Positions 39,891 through 48,665 of a stretch of 64,000 nucleotides of DNA are shown here, piece by piece. The DNA lies in the IMG/VR virus record IMGVR_UViG_3300002220_000771. The stretch is one strand, 5' to 3'. The notes under the pieces were generated by a model, which had not been told where the DNA came from, did no database searches, and worked only from the letters and a program-made list of their open reading frames with translations. Made by a program: the position numbers and the translations under genes. Origin of the DNA: an uncultured virus (IMG/VR IMGVR_UViG_3300002220_000771) (lineage: Duplodnaviria; Heunggongvirae; Uroviricota; Caudoviricetes). The stretch's first letter is position 1. Each line of letters begins with the position of its first letter.

Positions 39891-40070
39891 TTAATTATCT
39901 CCTTCTGTTATTTTTAATTTACTTTTAAATCTAAAAGGATATGCTTTTCCTTTTTTATTTCTCCATTTAGAAGCTTGTCTGGTAGTAGGTTCTATACCTG
40001 CAATTTTACAAGCTTCCTGAAAAATTGGTTCATTTACAAATTCCCTATTTATAATATCATATTTTTTCAT
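39891..40070 (-). CDS. 59-aa hypothetical protein (not in the ORF track)
   Basis: AAGGA RBS; F..AC..AGI.PT.RQASKWR..KG.A. Confidence 0.7.
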   Translation of the reverse strand: MKKYDIINREFVNEPIFQEACKIAGIEPTTRQASKWRNKKGKAYPFRFKSKLKITEGDN

Positions 40071-40238
40071 TATAATATTTCCTTATATTATTTCCTTTTG
40101 ATTACTATTATATCTTAATTTGATATAATTGTAAATACATTAAAAAAGAAATAATTCAATTATTTAAAAAAATAAATTAAATATTTTAGGGAATTTACGG
40201 AGAGTGGCGAAAAATAAGTAAAAAATAAAAAATAAAAC

Positions 40239-40267
40239 TTGACAATTTTTTAACAATATGTTATAAA
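40239..40267 (+). promoter_or_regulatory. Sigma70-type promoter overlapping TATAAATA, driving the right tRNA array
   Basis: TTGACA-17-TATAAA. Confidence 0.85.
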
Positions 40268-40274
40268 TATATAC

Positions 40275-40334
40275 ATGAAGATAAGAAAACGATTTATAAA
40301 AGTTGAGAGTACAGAAGGTACCAAATTTAGGTAA
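40275..40334 (+). CDS. Leaderless leader peptide MKIRKRFIKVESTEGTKFR (putative attenuator)
   Basis: ATG at the predicted +1; stop codon lies inside the antiterminator strand. Confidence 0.7.
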   Translation: MKIRKRFIKVESTEGTKFR

Positions 40335-40355
40335 CGGGGGAAGTGTCTGCGAAAG

Positions 40356-40387
40356 ACCCTGTTACCAGTAGGTAACAGGGTTTTTTT
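40356..40387 (+). terminator. Attenuator terminator upstream of the tRNA array
   Basis: CCCTGTTACC-AGTA-GGTAACAGGG-TTTTTTT. Confidence 0.95.
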
Positions 40388-40402
40388 ATTATTGAAAAAT
40401 AT

Positions 40403-40476
40403 AGTGCATTAGTTTAGTGATAGAACCAAAGACTTTCAATCTTTAGGCACCGGTTTGATTCCGGTATGCACTACCA
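40403..40476 (+). tRNA. tRNA-Glu(TTC)
   Basis: Cloverleaf, CCA. Confidence 0.88.
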
Positions 40477-40483
40477 AATATTA

Positions 40484-40558
40484 GCCGATGTAGTTTAGCA
40501 GGTAAAACATATCTTTGGTAAGGATAAAATATGGGTTCAAGTCCCATCGTTGGCTCCA
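40484..40558 (+). tRNA. tRNA-Thr(GGT)
   Basis: Cloverleaf, CCA. Confidence 0.93.
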
Positions 40559-40574
40559 GAATATAGAGGTTAAA

Positions 40575-41258
40575 ATGATTATAGTAATTGGTGATATACA
40601 TGGAGATTTTGGGTATGTGAATAAGTTTTTAAACTCACATAATGAAGTTACAACTGTATTACAGTGTGGTGATTTCGGATATTGGCCTAAACAACATAAT
40701 AAATCTTATTTAAATGAATGTGGAAAAATAAAACATTGGGATCAATATTCATTATATAATAAGGATGTAAAATTTCATTGGTGTGATGGAAATCATGAGG
40801 ATTTTCAATCACTTAAAGAATGTAATTATAAACCTGATATGAAAAATGATAATATTATATATCAGTCAAGAGGTTCATATATAACACTTTTAAATGGCAA
40901 AAACGTATTATTTATAGGTGGGGCATGTTCTGTAGATAAAAAATATAGAACACAAAATATTGATTGGTTTCCAGAAGAAATAATTACACAATATGATATT
41001 AATAATTTACCTAATGTTAATATTGATATTGTTATAAGTCATACCGCTCCAATGGAGTTTCAGGTATTTGATGATAATAAATTTCTTCACGATCCATCTA
41101 GAGATGTTTTATCGGTTATATTAAATAAATATAAACCTATGAAATGGTATTTTGGGCACTTCCATACTTATAAAAAAGGTAGAGCATATGGTTGTGAATG
41201 GGTATCATTAGCATATGCTGGAAGTGGATTAAGATGGTGGATTGAATTAGGAAAATAA
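40575..41258 (+). CDS. Calcineurin-like metallophosphoesterase
   Basis: GDIHG, GDFG, GNHE, SH, GHFH. Confidence 0.92.
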   Translation: MIIVIGDIHGDFGYVNKFLNSHNEVTTVLQCGDFGYWPKQHNKSYLNECGKIKHWDQYSLYNKDVKFHWCDGNHEDFQSLKECNYKPDMKNDNIIYQSRGSYITLLNGKNVLFIGGACSVDKKYRTQNIDWFPEEIITQYDINNLPNVNIDIVISHTAPMEFQVFDDNKFLHDPSRDVLSVILNKYKPMKWYFGHFHTYKKGRAYGCEWVSLAYAGSGLRWWIELGK

Positions 41259-41451
41259 TTTACTTGACATATAAATATAAATGTGTTAATATAAATATAT
41301 GAAGAAAAAGAAAAAAATTTTTTATTGTGGTTGTGGAAAATTATTTTATAGTGGTCGTTCAATACCGTTAAAAGAATGTATGTATTGTTGTGATCATAAG
41401 AAAGAATTTCATAATTGTTATGATTTTCTTGAACATAGAGAATGTAATTTA

Positions 41452-41533
41452 ATCCCTGTATCGGAAGTGGCTACGAACCACCGCATTAAACCGTAATGGA
41501 CGCATGAGAGTTCAAGTCTCTCCAGGGATTCCA
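41452..41533 (+). tRNA. Atypical tRNA-Arg(ACG) with displaced D-arm
   Basis: Same architecture and conserved TAAACCGTAATGGA segment as 20795..20876. Confidence 0.7.
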
Positions 41534-41545
41534 ATATAAGATACA

Positions 41546-41575
41546 GCCGGTTAGTTCAATGGGAGAACATTGGTT
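41546..41575 (+). pseudogene. 5' tRNA remnant (probably Val)
   Basis: GCCGGTT-AGTTCAATGGGAGAAC-ATTGGTT, breaks at the anticodon loop. Confidence 0.75.
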
Positions 41576-41643
41576 AAAATATTTTTAAAATTTCTCATAA
41601 AATCTGATTGCTTCTTTATAAATAATATTATAAGGAGATAATT

Positions 41644-42252
41644 ATGAGAAATATTAGTGAAGAATCAAAAGAAAAAATTAAACTCGGCGCATTAAAGGGT
41701 ATAGAGAGCCAAAAAAGGAAACGATTAGATGAGTATAATAAATTTTTGAAGTATTGTTTAGAATGTGAAAATGTATTGCCTTATAAGAAACGGCATAATA
41801 AATTTTGCAATCATTCATGTTCTGCTGATTTCAATAATAGAGAAAAAGGCAAAATTGTCAATCCAAAAAGTAGTGTTTGTAGATATTGTGAGCAAGCGAT
41901 TTCCGGTAGGAAAAAATATTGTAACAGTAAATGTCAAAATGAATATGAATATATAGAGTACATCAAAAAATGGTTATCAAATGATTTTTCTGGTGTGAGA
42001 GGAAAATATGATATTTCTCGTTATGTAAAACGATATATATTTGAAAAATTTGATAATAAATGTGTTAAATGTGGTTGGAATAAAATTAATTTGAAGACAA
42101 ATAAAACTCCTTTACATATACATCATATTGATGGCTGTTATAAAAATTGTTCGGAAGATAATTTAATTTTATTATGTCCTAATTGTCATTCATTGACAGA
42201 TAATTATGGTTCATTAAATAAAGGTAATGGTAGAGAGTATAATATATTATAA
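41644..42252 (+). CDS. HNH homing endonuclease with zinc-finger repeats
   Basis: KFC..SC repeats; LHIHHIDG..N...NL.LLCPNCHSLT. Confidence 0.92.
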   Translation: MRNISEESKEKIKLGALKGIESQKRKRLDEYNKFLKYCLECENVLPYKKRHNKFCNHSCSADFNNREKGKIVNPKSSVCRYCEQAISGRKKYCNSKCQNEYEYIEYIKKWLSNDFSGVRGKYDISRYVKRYIFEKFDNKCVKCGWNKINLKTNKTPLHIHHIDGCYKNCSEDNLILLCPNCHSLTDNYGSLNKGNGREYNIL

Positions 42253-42255
42253 TTT

Positions 42256-42329
42256 GGGGAATTGGACTAAAAGTAAGGCGTTACGTTTACACCGTAAAGA
42301 AAGAGGAGCATTACCTCTATTCCCTACCA
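42256..42329 (+). tRNA. tRNA-Val(TAC), divergent
   Basis: Cloverleaf, non-canonical D and T loops, CCA. Confidence 0.85.
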
Positions 42330-42342
42330 TAAAATAATACAA

Positions 42343-42417
42343 GCGGGTATGGTGTAAATGGTAGCATGTGAGCCTTCCAAGCTTTTGGTGTCGGTTCAAG
42401 TCCGACTATCCGCTCCA
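42343..42417 (+). tRNA. tRNA-Gly(TCC)
   Basis: Cloverleaf, CCA. Confidence 0.93.
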
Positions 42418-42425
42418 AAACATAA

Positions 42426-42500
42426 GCCGGTATGGCAGAATGATTATGCAATGCTCTTGTAAGGCATCTTATGTGGGTTTAATTCCTACTACCGGCTCCA
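42426..42500 (+). tRNA. tRNA-Thr(TGT)
   Basis: Cloverleaf, CCA. Confidence 0.92.
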
Positions 42501-42509
42501 AAAATATAT

Positions 42510-42586
42510 GGTGCCATAGTTTAACGGTAAAATTCTCGGCTGTCAACCGAGAGATACGGAGGGTTCAACTCCCCCTGGCACCGCCA
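42510..42586 (+). tRNA. tRNA-Asp(GTC)
   Basis: Cloverleaf, GCCA. Confidence 0.95.
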
Positions 42587-42594
42587 AAACATGT

Positions 42595-42668
42595 GGGGGC
42601 TTGATGAAATGGGATCATAAATGACTTGCACTCATTTTTTATCGGTTCAAATCCGATAGCTTCCACCA
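42595..42668 (+). tRNA. tRNA-Ala(TGC)
   Basis: Cloverleaf, G3:U70, CCA. Confidence 0.92.
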
Positions 42669-42674
42669 AATATA

Positions 42675-42748
42675 GCGAATGTAGTATAATGGAAGTACAC
42701 TTGGTTGCCAGCCAGGAAGAGTGGGATCGTTACCCATCATTCGCTCCA
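42675..42748 (+). tRNA. tRNA-Gly(GCC)
   Basis: Cloverleaf, CCA. Confidence 0.92.
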
Positions 42749-42967
42749 AAATTTCATTTGACAAAATTATATTTTTATGTTATATTAAAAATAAAGAGAA
42801 TTGATTATGGAAGTTATAAAAATTATATGTGGAGTGTTAAGTATATTATTAATAGTATTAATGATATATGGAATAGTAATAATAATACTATCGCCATTAA
42901 TTTTTATAAAAAAGTTAATAGAATGTTTTATATATAAACCTGATGAAAACAAGGAAATTTAATTTAC

Positions 42968-43186
42968 ATGAATATTATTAAAAGATTATTAACTTTTATA
43001 TTTGATTTATTTACAATTATAGGTACTGTATTATTAGGTACTATTGGTTTAGTATTTCTGATGCTTTTTTATCCTTTTATATTTATTGTACTAACTATAT
43101 TATTATTGTTAAGTGGAATAATATCAATTTTATTATTACCAATTAATCTTATAAAATTTTTATTTAAGAGTAAAAAAGATGCATAA
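42968..43186 (+). CDS. Small membrane protein
   Basis: Long hydrophobic stretch. Confidence 0.65.
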   Translation: MNIIKRLLTFIFDLFTIIGTVLLGTIGLVFLMLFYPFIFIVLTILLLLSGIISILLLPINLIKFLFKSKKDA

Positions 43187-43630
43187 CACAAATATAAAGA
43201 TGAAGGATGGTCGTATATTTTGTGCGCCAATTTATCAATTTAATATTAGACTTGGTTTTATTCAACTTTTTGGTGTTGATGAAAAATTATATTTTGAAAA
43301 TATGATATATGCTATTACAGAAAATCAAAGAGTTGGAATTAATACTATCAATACAGTTGATGAAATTCAAAGGTATTTAAAGTTAAAAGGGGATTTAAAA
43401 TGATTTTTAGAAAAATTCACATCCGTGATAAAATATATAATTGGAAATTTATTAAAAACAGGATACTTATTTTTGATCCTGATGGTAAAAAATTTATTCC
43501 TACGTTATCAGAATTAACTGGTTTGTCTAATAATGATATTGAACGTGGACAGCGAAGACGATATTTTTCTGTTTTACCTTCACAGGTTAAAGAATATATT
43601 GTAAAAAATATAATAGAGAAGAGATAAAAA

Positions 43631-43921
43631 ATGAAATGTATTACACTAAAATTTGGTAAAGAATGTGCATTTATGGGTAGACAGAAATGTACGTTTCCTG
43701 GTTCTTGCCATCCTATTGATATTAAATGTGAAGGATGTAAAAATATAGAAATATATAATGATATTACTTATTGTATATCGTATCCATATCCATATGCTAA
43801 ATGGAATTCTGGTGGGTGTGGCCTGGCTACACATATCGTAAAAGTAAAAGAAGATATAAAAAAGTTAAATCCTTTGAAGGCATCTAAGAAAGCTGCTAAA
43901 AAAAGAAAAGCATCAAAATAA
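43631..43921 (+). CDS. PxxKW-family cysteine-rich protein
   Basis: C..G.EC.FM..C..C.P..CEGC..C..YP.P.AKW..C.LATH..NPLKASK. Confidence 0.8.
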   Translation: MKCITLKFGKECAFMGRQKCTFPGSCHPIDIKCEGCKNIEIYNDITYCISYPYPYAKWNSGGCGLATHIVKVKEDIKKLNPLKASKKAAKKRKASK

Positions 43922-43939
43922 ATTTCTAAAATTAAGAAT

Positions 43940-44031
43940 GGAGAAAAGGTAAATATTGGTTAGTTACGGTGCTCTGCTAAAGCATTGGCCTGAAATACGG
44001 TCTGAGGGTTCGATTCCCTTTTTCTCCGCCA
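43940..44031 (+). tRNA. tRNA-Ser(GCT)
   Basis: Cloverleaf, long variable arm, GCCA. Confidence 0.92.
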
Positions 44032-44042
44032 TAAAATATTTT

Positions 44043-44118
44043 GCTGACATAGTTCAAAAGGGAGAACGCTACCTTCGTACAGTAGCATATGTAGGTTCGA
44101 GCCCTACTGTCAGCTCCA
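44043..44118 (+). tRNA. tRNA-Thr(CGT)
   Basis: Cloverleaf, CCA. Confidence 0.9.
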
Positions 44119-44140
44119 AAAAATTAATAAAGGAGAAAAA

Positions 44141-44830
44141 ATGTTTACATTAATATTTAAGAAAGATGGTGATATTTATAAGAAATCATGGTGCTATGAT
44201 AAAGTTAAAAATGATGGTTATTATGAGGAAACTCTTTTAAGTGAAAATATTAATGTACTTTCAATGTTATCTATTACTGTAGACTTGGAAGATGGTTATA
44301 CATTACGAGATTATTTTAAAACAATTTTAAAATATTATCAATTTCAATTACTTGATAATTATTTTAATACCTTTATTACTGAATATGTTTCTTGTCCTAA
44401 TTTTAATTGTGTTTGTGATGATGTAAAAGAGATTGTTATTAAAAAAATTATTACATTTACAGATTCTTTTAAAACATCAATAGAAATTAATGCTGAAATA
44501 GAAGAAGCCATTCATGTATATGGTAATTCTAATGATATGAATACTACATATTCTTTATCATTTATTCCTCTTAAAGAATTATTAGATCTTCCAATAAAAT
44601 TTAAAGATGCTATTTATTGTTATGAAAATTTTAAAAATGGGTTTAAATCAGCAGAATATAAACAATATGAAGGAAAATATTCTTACACATTATTTGATTT
44701 TATTACAAGTATTATTTATGAATTATCATTTTGGGGCTCACCTGAAGAACAAGAGAGAAAAAAGAATAAAATATTAAATATAACAAAAGACATTACAATA
44801 AATTTTACAAAGGAATTAGAAAATGAATAA
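44141..44830 (+). CDS. Hypothetical protein
   Basis: ORF with RBS; YSLSFIPL.EL..P and ELSFWGSPE motifs. Confidence 0.8.
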   Translation: MFTLIFKKDGDIYKKSWCYDKVKNDGYYEETLLSENINVLSMLSITVDLEDGYTLRDYFKTILKYYQFQLLDNYFNTFITEYVSCPNFNCVCDDVKEIVIKKIITFTDSFKTSIEINAEIEEAIHVYGNSNDMNTTYSLSFIPLKELLDLPIKFKDAIYCYENFKNGFKSAEYKQYEGKYSYTLFDFITSIIYELSFWGSPEEQERKKNKILNITKDITINFTKELENE

Positions 44831-45152
44831 TTGTGATGTTATATATCTGAATAGAGAATCATTTGAAGAGTTGAAAGAACGTCTTTATGATATATTTCCA
44901 GTTTTTAATAGATATGAGAAATATGCTTTTACTATAATAATAAACAATAAATCAGCCATACTTGTAAATGCTGATGCTAAACTATCTTATGATGAAATGG
45001 AGATTGTTATTCAACATGAGAAAGCACATTCTAAAGGAATAGAAGATGAAGAAATTGCTGATATATGGGCATTAGGAAGTTTAAATGAAAATCAGAAAAA
45101 AATTTTAATAAGTAATTGGAAAAAAAGACATGGGCATGAATTTACATGGTGA
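44823..45152 (+). CDS. Small HExxH protein
   Basis: QHEKAH..E..AD..A. Confidence 0.6.
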   Translation: MNNCDVIYLNRESFEELKERLYDIFPVFNRYEKYAFTIIINNKSAILVNADAKLSYDEMEIVIQHEKAHSKGIEDEEIADIWALGSLNENQKKILISNWKKRHGHEFTW

Positions 45153-45202
45153 TTTACAATTAGTTTCAACAATGATATAATAAAAAGTAAAAAGGATGTT
45201 AT

Positions 45203-46096
45203 GTGATGAATACAACTATATGGACTTTTAAATATGAACCACAAAGTCTTGATGATATGATTATACATCAAGATATAAAACCTATTTTAGAAAAATCTTT
45301 AAAAGAAATTCCAAATTTAATGTTAATAGGTCCACCGGGAGTAGGTAAAGGAACATTCACTAATATTTATCTGAAAGAAACAGGTCTTGATTATCTTAAA
45401 ATTAATTGTTCAGATGAAACTGGTATTGATAATTTAAGAACTAAAGTTAAGTCATTCGCAACAGCACTCGGAATAACTAAATTAAAAATTGTCGTAATGA
45501 ATGAAAGTGATTTTCTTAGTTTACCAGCACAAGCTATGCTTAGAGATTTGATTGAACAAGTGCAATCAATTACACGATTTATTTTTCAATGTAATTATGG
45601 CCATAAAATGATGGAAGAATTACTGTCAAGATGCCAAGTTATTGGATTGAATAACCCACCAGCAAAGAAAATCTATGAACATTGTTTAAATATTCTTAAT
45701 AAAGAAAAAATTAAATTTAAAAATCAAGCGGCACTTGTTAATGTTATTAAGAGATTATATCCAGATATTAGAAGAATAGTTAATACTTTACAAATGAGTG
45801 TTATTGATGGTGAATTAGATGTCATAAAATATGAATCTTCTGTTGATGTATATGGGCAGATTTTACAATTTATGAAATCTAAAGATGTTGATGGAATACG
45901 AAAAGCTATAAGAAGTAATATTATAAATTATCCTGAATTATATCAATATTTATTTGATGAAGTAGGGCAATTTAAAAGTGCCGGTGATATGATTATTCTA
46001 ATTGGAGAATATTTATATAGAGACTCAATTATTGCCATCAAAGAAATTGGATTTATGTCAATGATAGTAAAGGGAATAAAAGAAGGGTATATATAA
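45203..46096 (+). CDS. Clamp loader large subunit (gp44/RFC-like AAA+)
   Basis: W..KY.P, GPPGVGK, AQ..LR..IE, SRC, PDIRR. Confidence 0.95.
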   Translation: MMNTTIWTFKYEPQSLDDMIIHQDIKPILEKSLKEIPNLMLIGPPGVGKGTFTNIYLKETGLDYLKINCSDETGIDNLRTKVKSFATALGITKLKIVVMNESDFLSLPAQAMLRDLIEQVQSITRFIFQCNYGHKMMEELLSRCQVIGLNNPPAKKIYEHCLNILNKEKIKFKNQAALVNVIKRLYPDIRRIVNTLQMSVIDGELDVIKYESSVDVYGQILQFMKSKDVDGIRKAIRSNIINYPELYQYLFDEVGQFKSAGDMIILIGEYLYRDSIIAIKEIGFMSMIVKGIKEGYI

Positions 46097-46512
46097 TGGC
46101 AATAAAAACTGGTGAAGTTACAATTTTTACATTTCTTGATAATCTCTTCTATAAAAAAGATTTGATTTATGATAAAAAGGTTGCGCCAGCATATCTTTTA
46201 TCGTTGTGGTTATCTCATGATTCTGGTCTCATAAATATAGTCAATAAAATTAACGAATTGCATTTCAATATATCAGATGATTTGATTTATAAGTATTATT
46301 TTCATAAGATTCCAAGAGGTAAACGGTATTTGAAATGGATAAAAAAAGATGAAAAGGATAAAAAAATAAAAGATAAAATAGATAAATTTAGAGAAGAATA
46401 TCAGATTTCAAAAAAAGAAGCTGGAAACTATATCTGGTATGTAAATAAACATGAATTTACAAGTAATAAAAAAAGTAGTAAAATAAAAACAAAAGTATTT
46501 TTTAAGGAGTAA
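46096..46512 (+). CDS. Clamp loader small subunit (gp62-like)
   Basis: Synteny; IP.GKRY.KW.K motif. Confidence 0.8.
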   Translation: MAIKTGEVTIFTFLDNLFYKKDLIYDKKVAPAYLLSLWLSHDSGLINIVNKINELHFNISDDLIYKYYFHKIPRGKRYLKWIKKDEKDKKIKDKIDKFREEYQISKKEAGNYIWYVNKHEFTSNKKSSKIKTKVFFKE

Positions 46513-46514
46513 TT

Positions 46515-47258
46515 ATGAATTTAAATGTTGAAAATTTTAAAGATATTTTACGTAAGGCAACTGTAAATTATCTTATAGAGAGTGTTCAATTAAAGGTTAC
46601 TGAGGATACTGTGAAATCAAAAATGATTTCACAGAGTAATGATTGTATTTCAATTCTTGATATTGAAAACGAATTTATTACTAATATGAATAAAATTAAT
46701 GAATATGAATTTAATTTTCTTGAACCAGCACAAACAATAATACCATATTTAAATCTTATAGATACCGAGAGAGAAACTACAATAAAAATTATGGATGAAA
46801 AAATAACATTAATTACAGGAAATCAGAAATCAAATATATTTTTCTGTTCGCCAAGGGTAGTAAATGTTTTTACAGCTGATTCATTAAGAGATGATATTGA
46901 ATATTTTACAAATATTTTAATTGATGATAATTTTATAGGAATTTTTAATAAAATAAAGAAAATCGCACCAAGATTCGGTAAAATTTATTTTGATGTTACT
47001 GATAAAATCTTTTCAATAGAAACGACTGATAAACAAAATAGTTTTTCTAATGGTGTTAAATTTGATTTAGGAAGTGTTGATAATGATAATATATCACTCT
47101 GTTTTAATTATAAGAATATTGCGGGTATTATGAGTATTATTGATAATACTTTTTCGGCTGGTTTTGCATATTCAGTAGAACAAGAAATGGGGATGATTTA
47201 TTTTACAAAAGAAGAAAATACAGAAAAATATTATTTAATGAGTAATATTGATAGATAA
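46515..47258 (+). CDS. Sliding clamp (gp45/PCNA-like)
   Basis: Size, beta-rich two-domain pattern, synteny, C-terminal KYYL. Confidence 0.7.
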   Translation: MNLNVENFKDILRKATVNYLIESVQLKVTEDTVKSKMISQSNDCISILDIENEFITNMNKINEYEFNFLEPAQTIIPYLNLIDTERETTIKIMDEKITLITGNQKSNIFFCSPRVVNVFTADSLRDDIEYFTNILIDDNFIGIFNKIKKIAPRFGKIYFDVTDKIFSIETTDKQNSFSNGVKFDLGSVDNDNISLCFNYKNIAGIMSIIDNTFSAGFAYSVEQEMGMIYFTKEENTEKYYLMSNIDR

Positions 47259-47339
47259 AAAACTTGACAAATAAAAAATATTATGTTATTATATTTTTAA
47301 ATAGATGAAAAATAAATATTAAAAATTGGAGGAAATATC

Positions 47340-47630
47340 ATGGACGAAGAAAGAAATGAAGTTTGGGGAAGAACAGAAGATAGGTTTGAGTATAATCTTA
47401 ATGAGGGTGGAACTTTTATCCTTATTAACGGTGCACAAATTCCTGTTGAGCCTGGTTCAAATTTTAGAACTGTTGTTGGTGAAAACGCTTTAAATGCTGG
47501 TTTCAATAAATATCGTGTCTTTTTGAACGGAGAAGAAATACGGCCATCACTAGCACCAGAGAATTTTAATCTTAATGATAGGGTTGAAATTCGTGCATAT
47601 GATAATGCAGGAAATGTAGTTCTTGTATAA
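47340..47630 (+). CDS. Ubiquitin-like beta-grasp protein
   Basis: FILING..YRVFLNGEEI..DRVEIRAYDNAG plus a 5-aa tail; GGAGG RBS; first gene of the cassette. Confidence 0.75.
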   Translation: MDEERNEVWGRTEDRFEYNLNEGGTFILINGAQIPVEPGSNFRTVVGENALNAGFNKYRVFLNGEEIRPSLAPENFNLNDRVEIRAYDNAGNVVLV

Positions 47631-47788
47631 TAAAAGAACATTGAATATATAATGAACATTTTATAGAAAATAAAGTGTTCATTATATTTTTCTATATAAT
47701 ATTCTAGCATTATTAAATTTAAATTTTATTTGACAATATTGTTTTTTTGTGTTATATTATTTTTATAAAAATAATGAAAGGTATAAAA

Positions 47789-48652
47789 ATGGCGGATATT
47801 AAAAATAATTTGAATGAATTAAAAAATAATATAACTAATAAAATAGAATCTACAATATTAAATTGTAATTCTATTACGACTAGTGGAGTATCTTTACGAA
47901 TTGGTAATAAGATTGTACGATTTAAAACTGAAGAAGTAGTACAATCAGTAGAAGAAGAAATTCGTGAAGAATTAATGCATGAATTAAAAGATAAATTAAA
48001 AGAATTATCAAATTATGTTGATAAAAAACTTAATGAGGCACATTCTACAGTAGTAACTATTACTGATGAATATCAAAGAAAAGAAAAAATTCTAAATGAT
48101 AAATTAGCAAATTCTAAACCTATGCCTTATATTTCATGGGAACAAGCAAAAAGAGGATTGTCAGTTATTCCAGAATCAAGTACAGGAATAGCATGGCTTG
48201 TAAGAAAAGTTTATTGGCCTAAATTTGTTGATAATTCTTTAATTGAACCTAAATATCAGAAAAAAATGATAACACCTGTAATAATTTATATTGTTGTAGA
48301 AAAAGATATTATAAAGAGAATAGATATTAAAACAATAAATTTAGAAAATTTTGATCATTATCACGCGGGATGTTGGGGAAATTGGTTATGGTCTAAAATA
48401 CGAATAAAAAATGCAGAAGATATTCTTAATGTAGCAGATGAAGCAATAGCAGTTCTAGAAAAAATTAATACTATGTCTATTGCTCGTAGAACGCCCAGTG
48501 GATTACCAAGACTTGAAACTCTTATGAGAAATTTAGTGAATAGAAGTGTTGATGATGTGGTAACTGATAATATTGTTTCGAGAAATTTGGAGAGAACTGG
48601 TGTTTCATTAGGGACTGATGGTGATGTTTGGTCAGTAACGGCAACAGGATAA
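47789..48652 (+). CDS. Coiled-coil plus E2-like (UBC-fold) protein
   Basis: FDHYHAGCWG resembles the E2 HPN..G..C.G active site; position between Ubl and E1. Confidence 0.6.
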   Translation: MADIKNNLNELKNNITNKIESTILNCNSITTSGVSLRIGNKIVRFKTEEVVQSVEEEIREELMHELKDKLKELSNYVDKKLNEAHSTVVTITDEYQRKEKILNDKLANSKPMPYISWEQAKRGLSVIPESSTGIAWLVRKVYWPKFVDNSLIEPKYQKKMITPVIIYIVVEKDIIKRIDIKTINLENFDHYHAGCWGNWLWSKIRIKNAEDILNVADEAIAVLEKINTMSIARRTPSGLPRLETLMRNLVNRSVDDVVTDNIVSRNLERTGVSLGTDGDVWSVTATG

Positions 48653-48665
48653 GGAGTATAGAATT

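Noticed and set aside
42368..44153. ORFs 42368, 42626, 43956
   Set aside because: They overlap tRNA genes; spurious.
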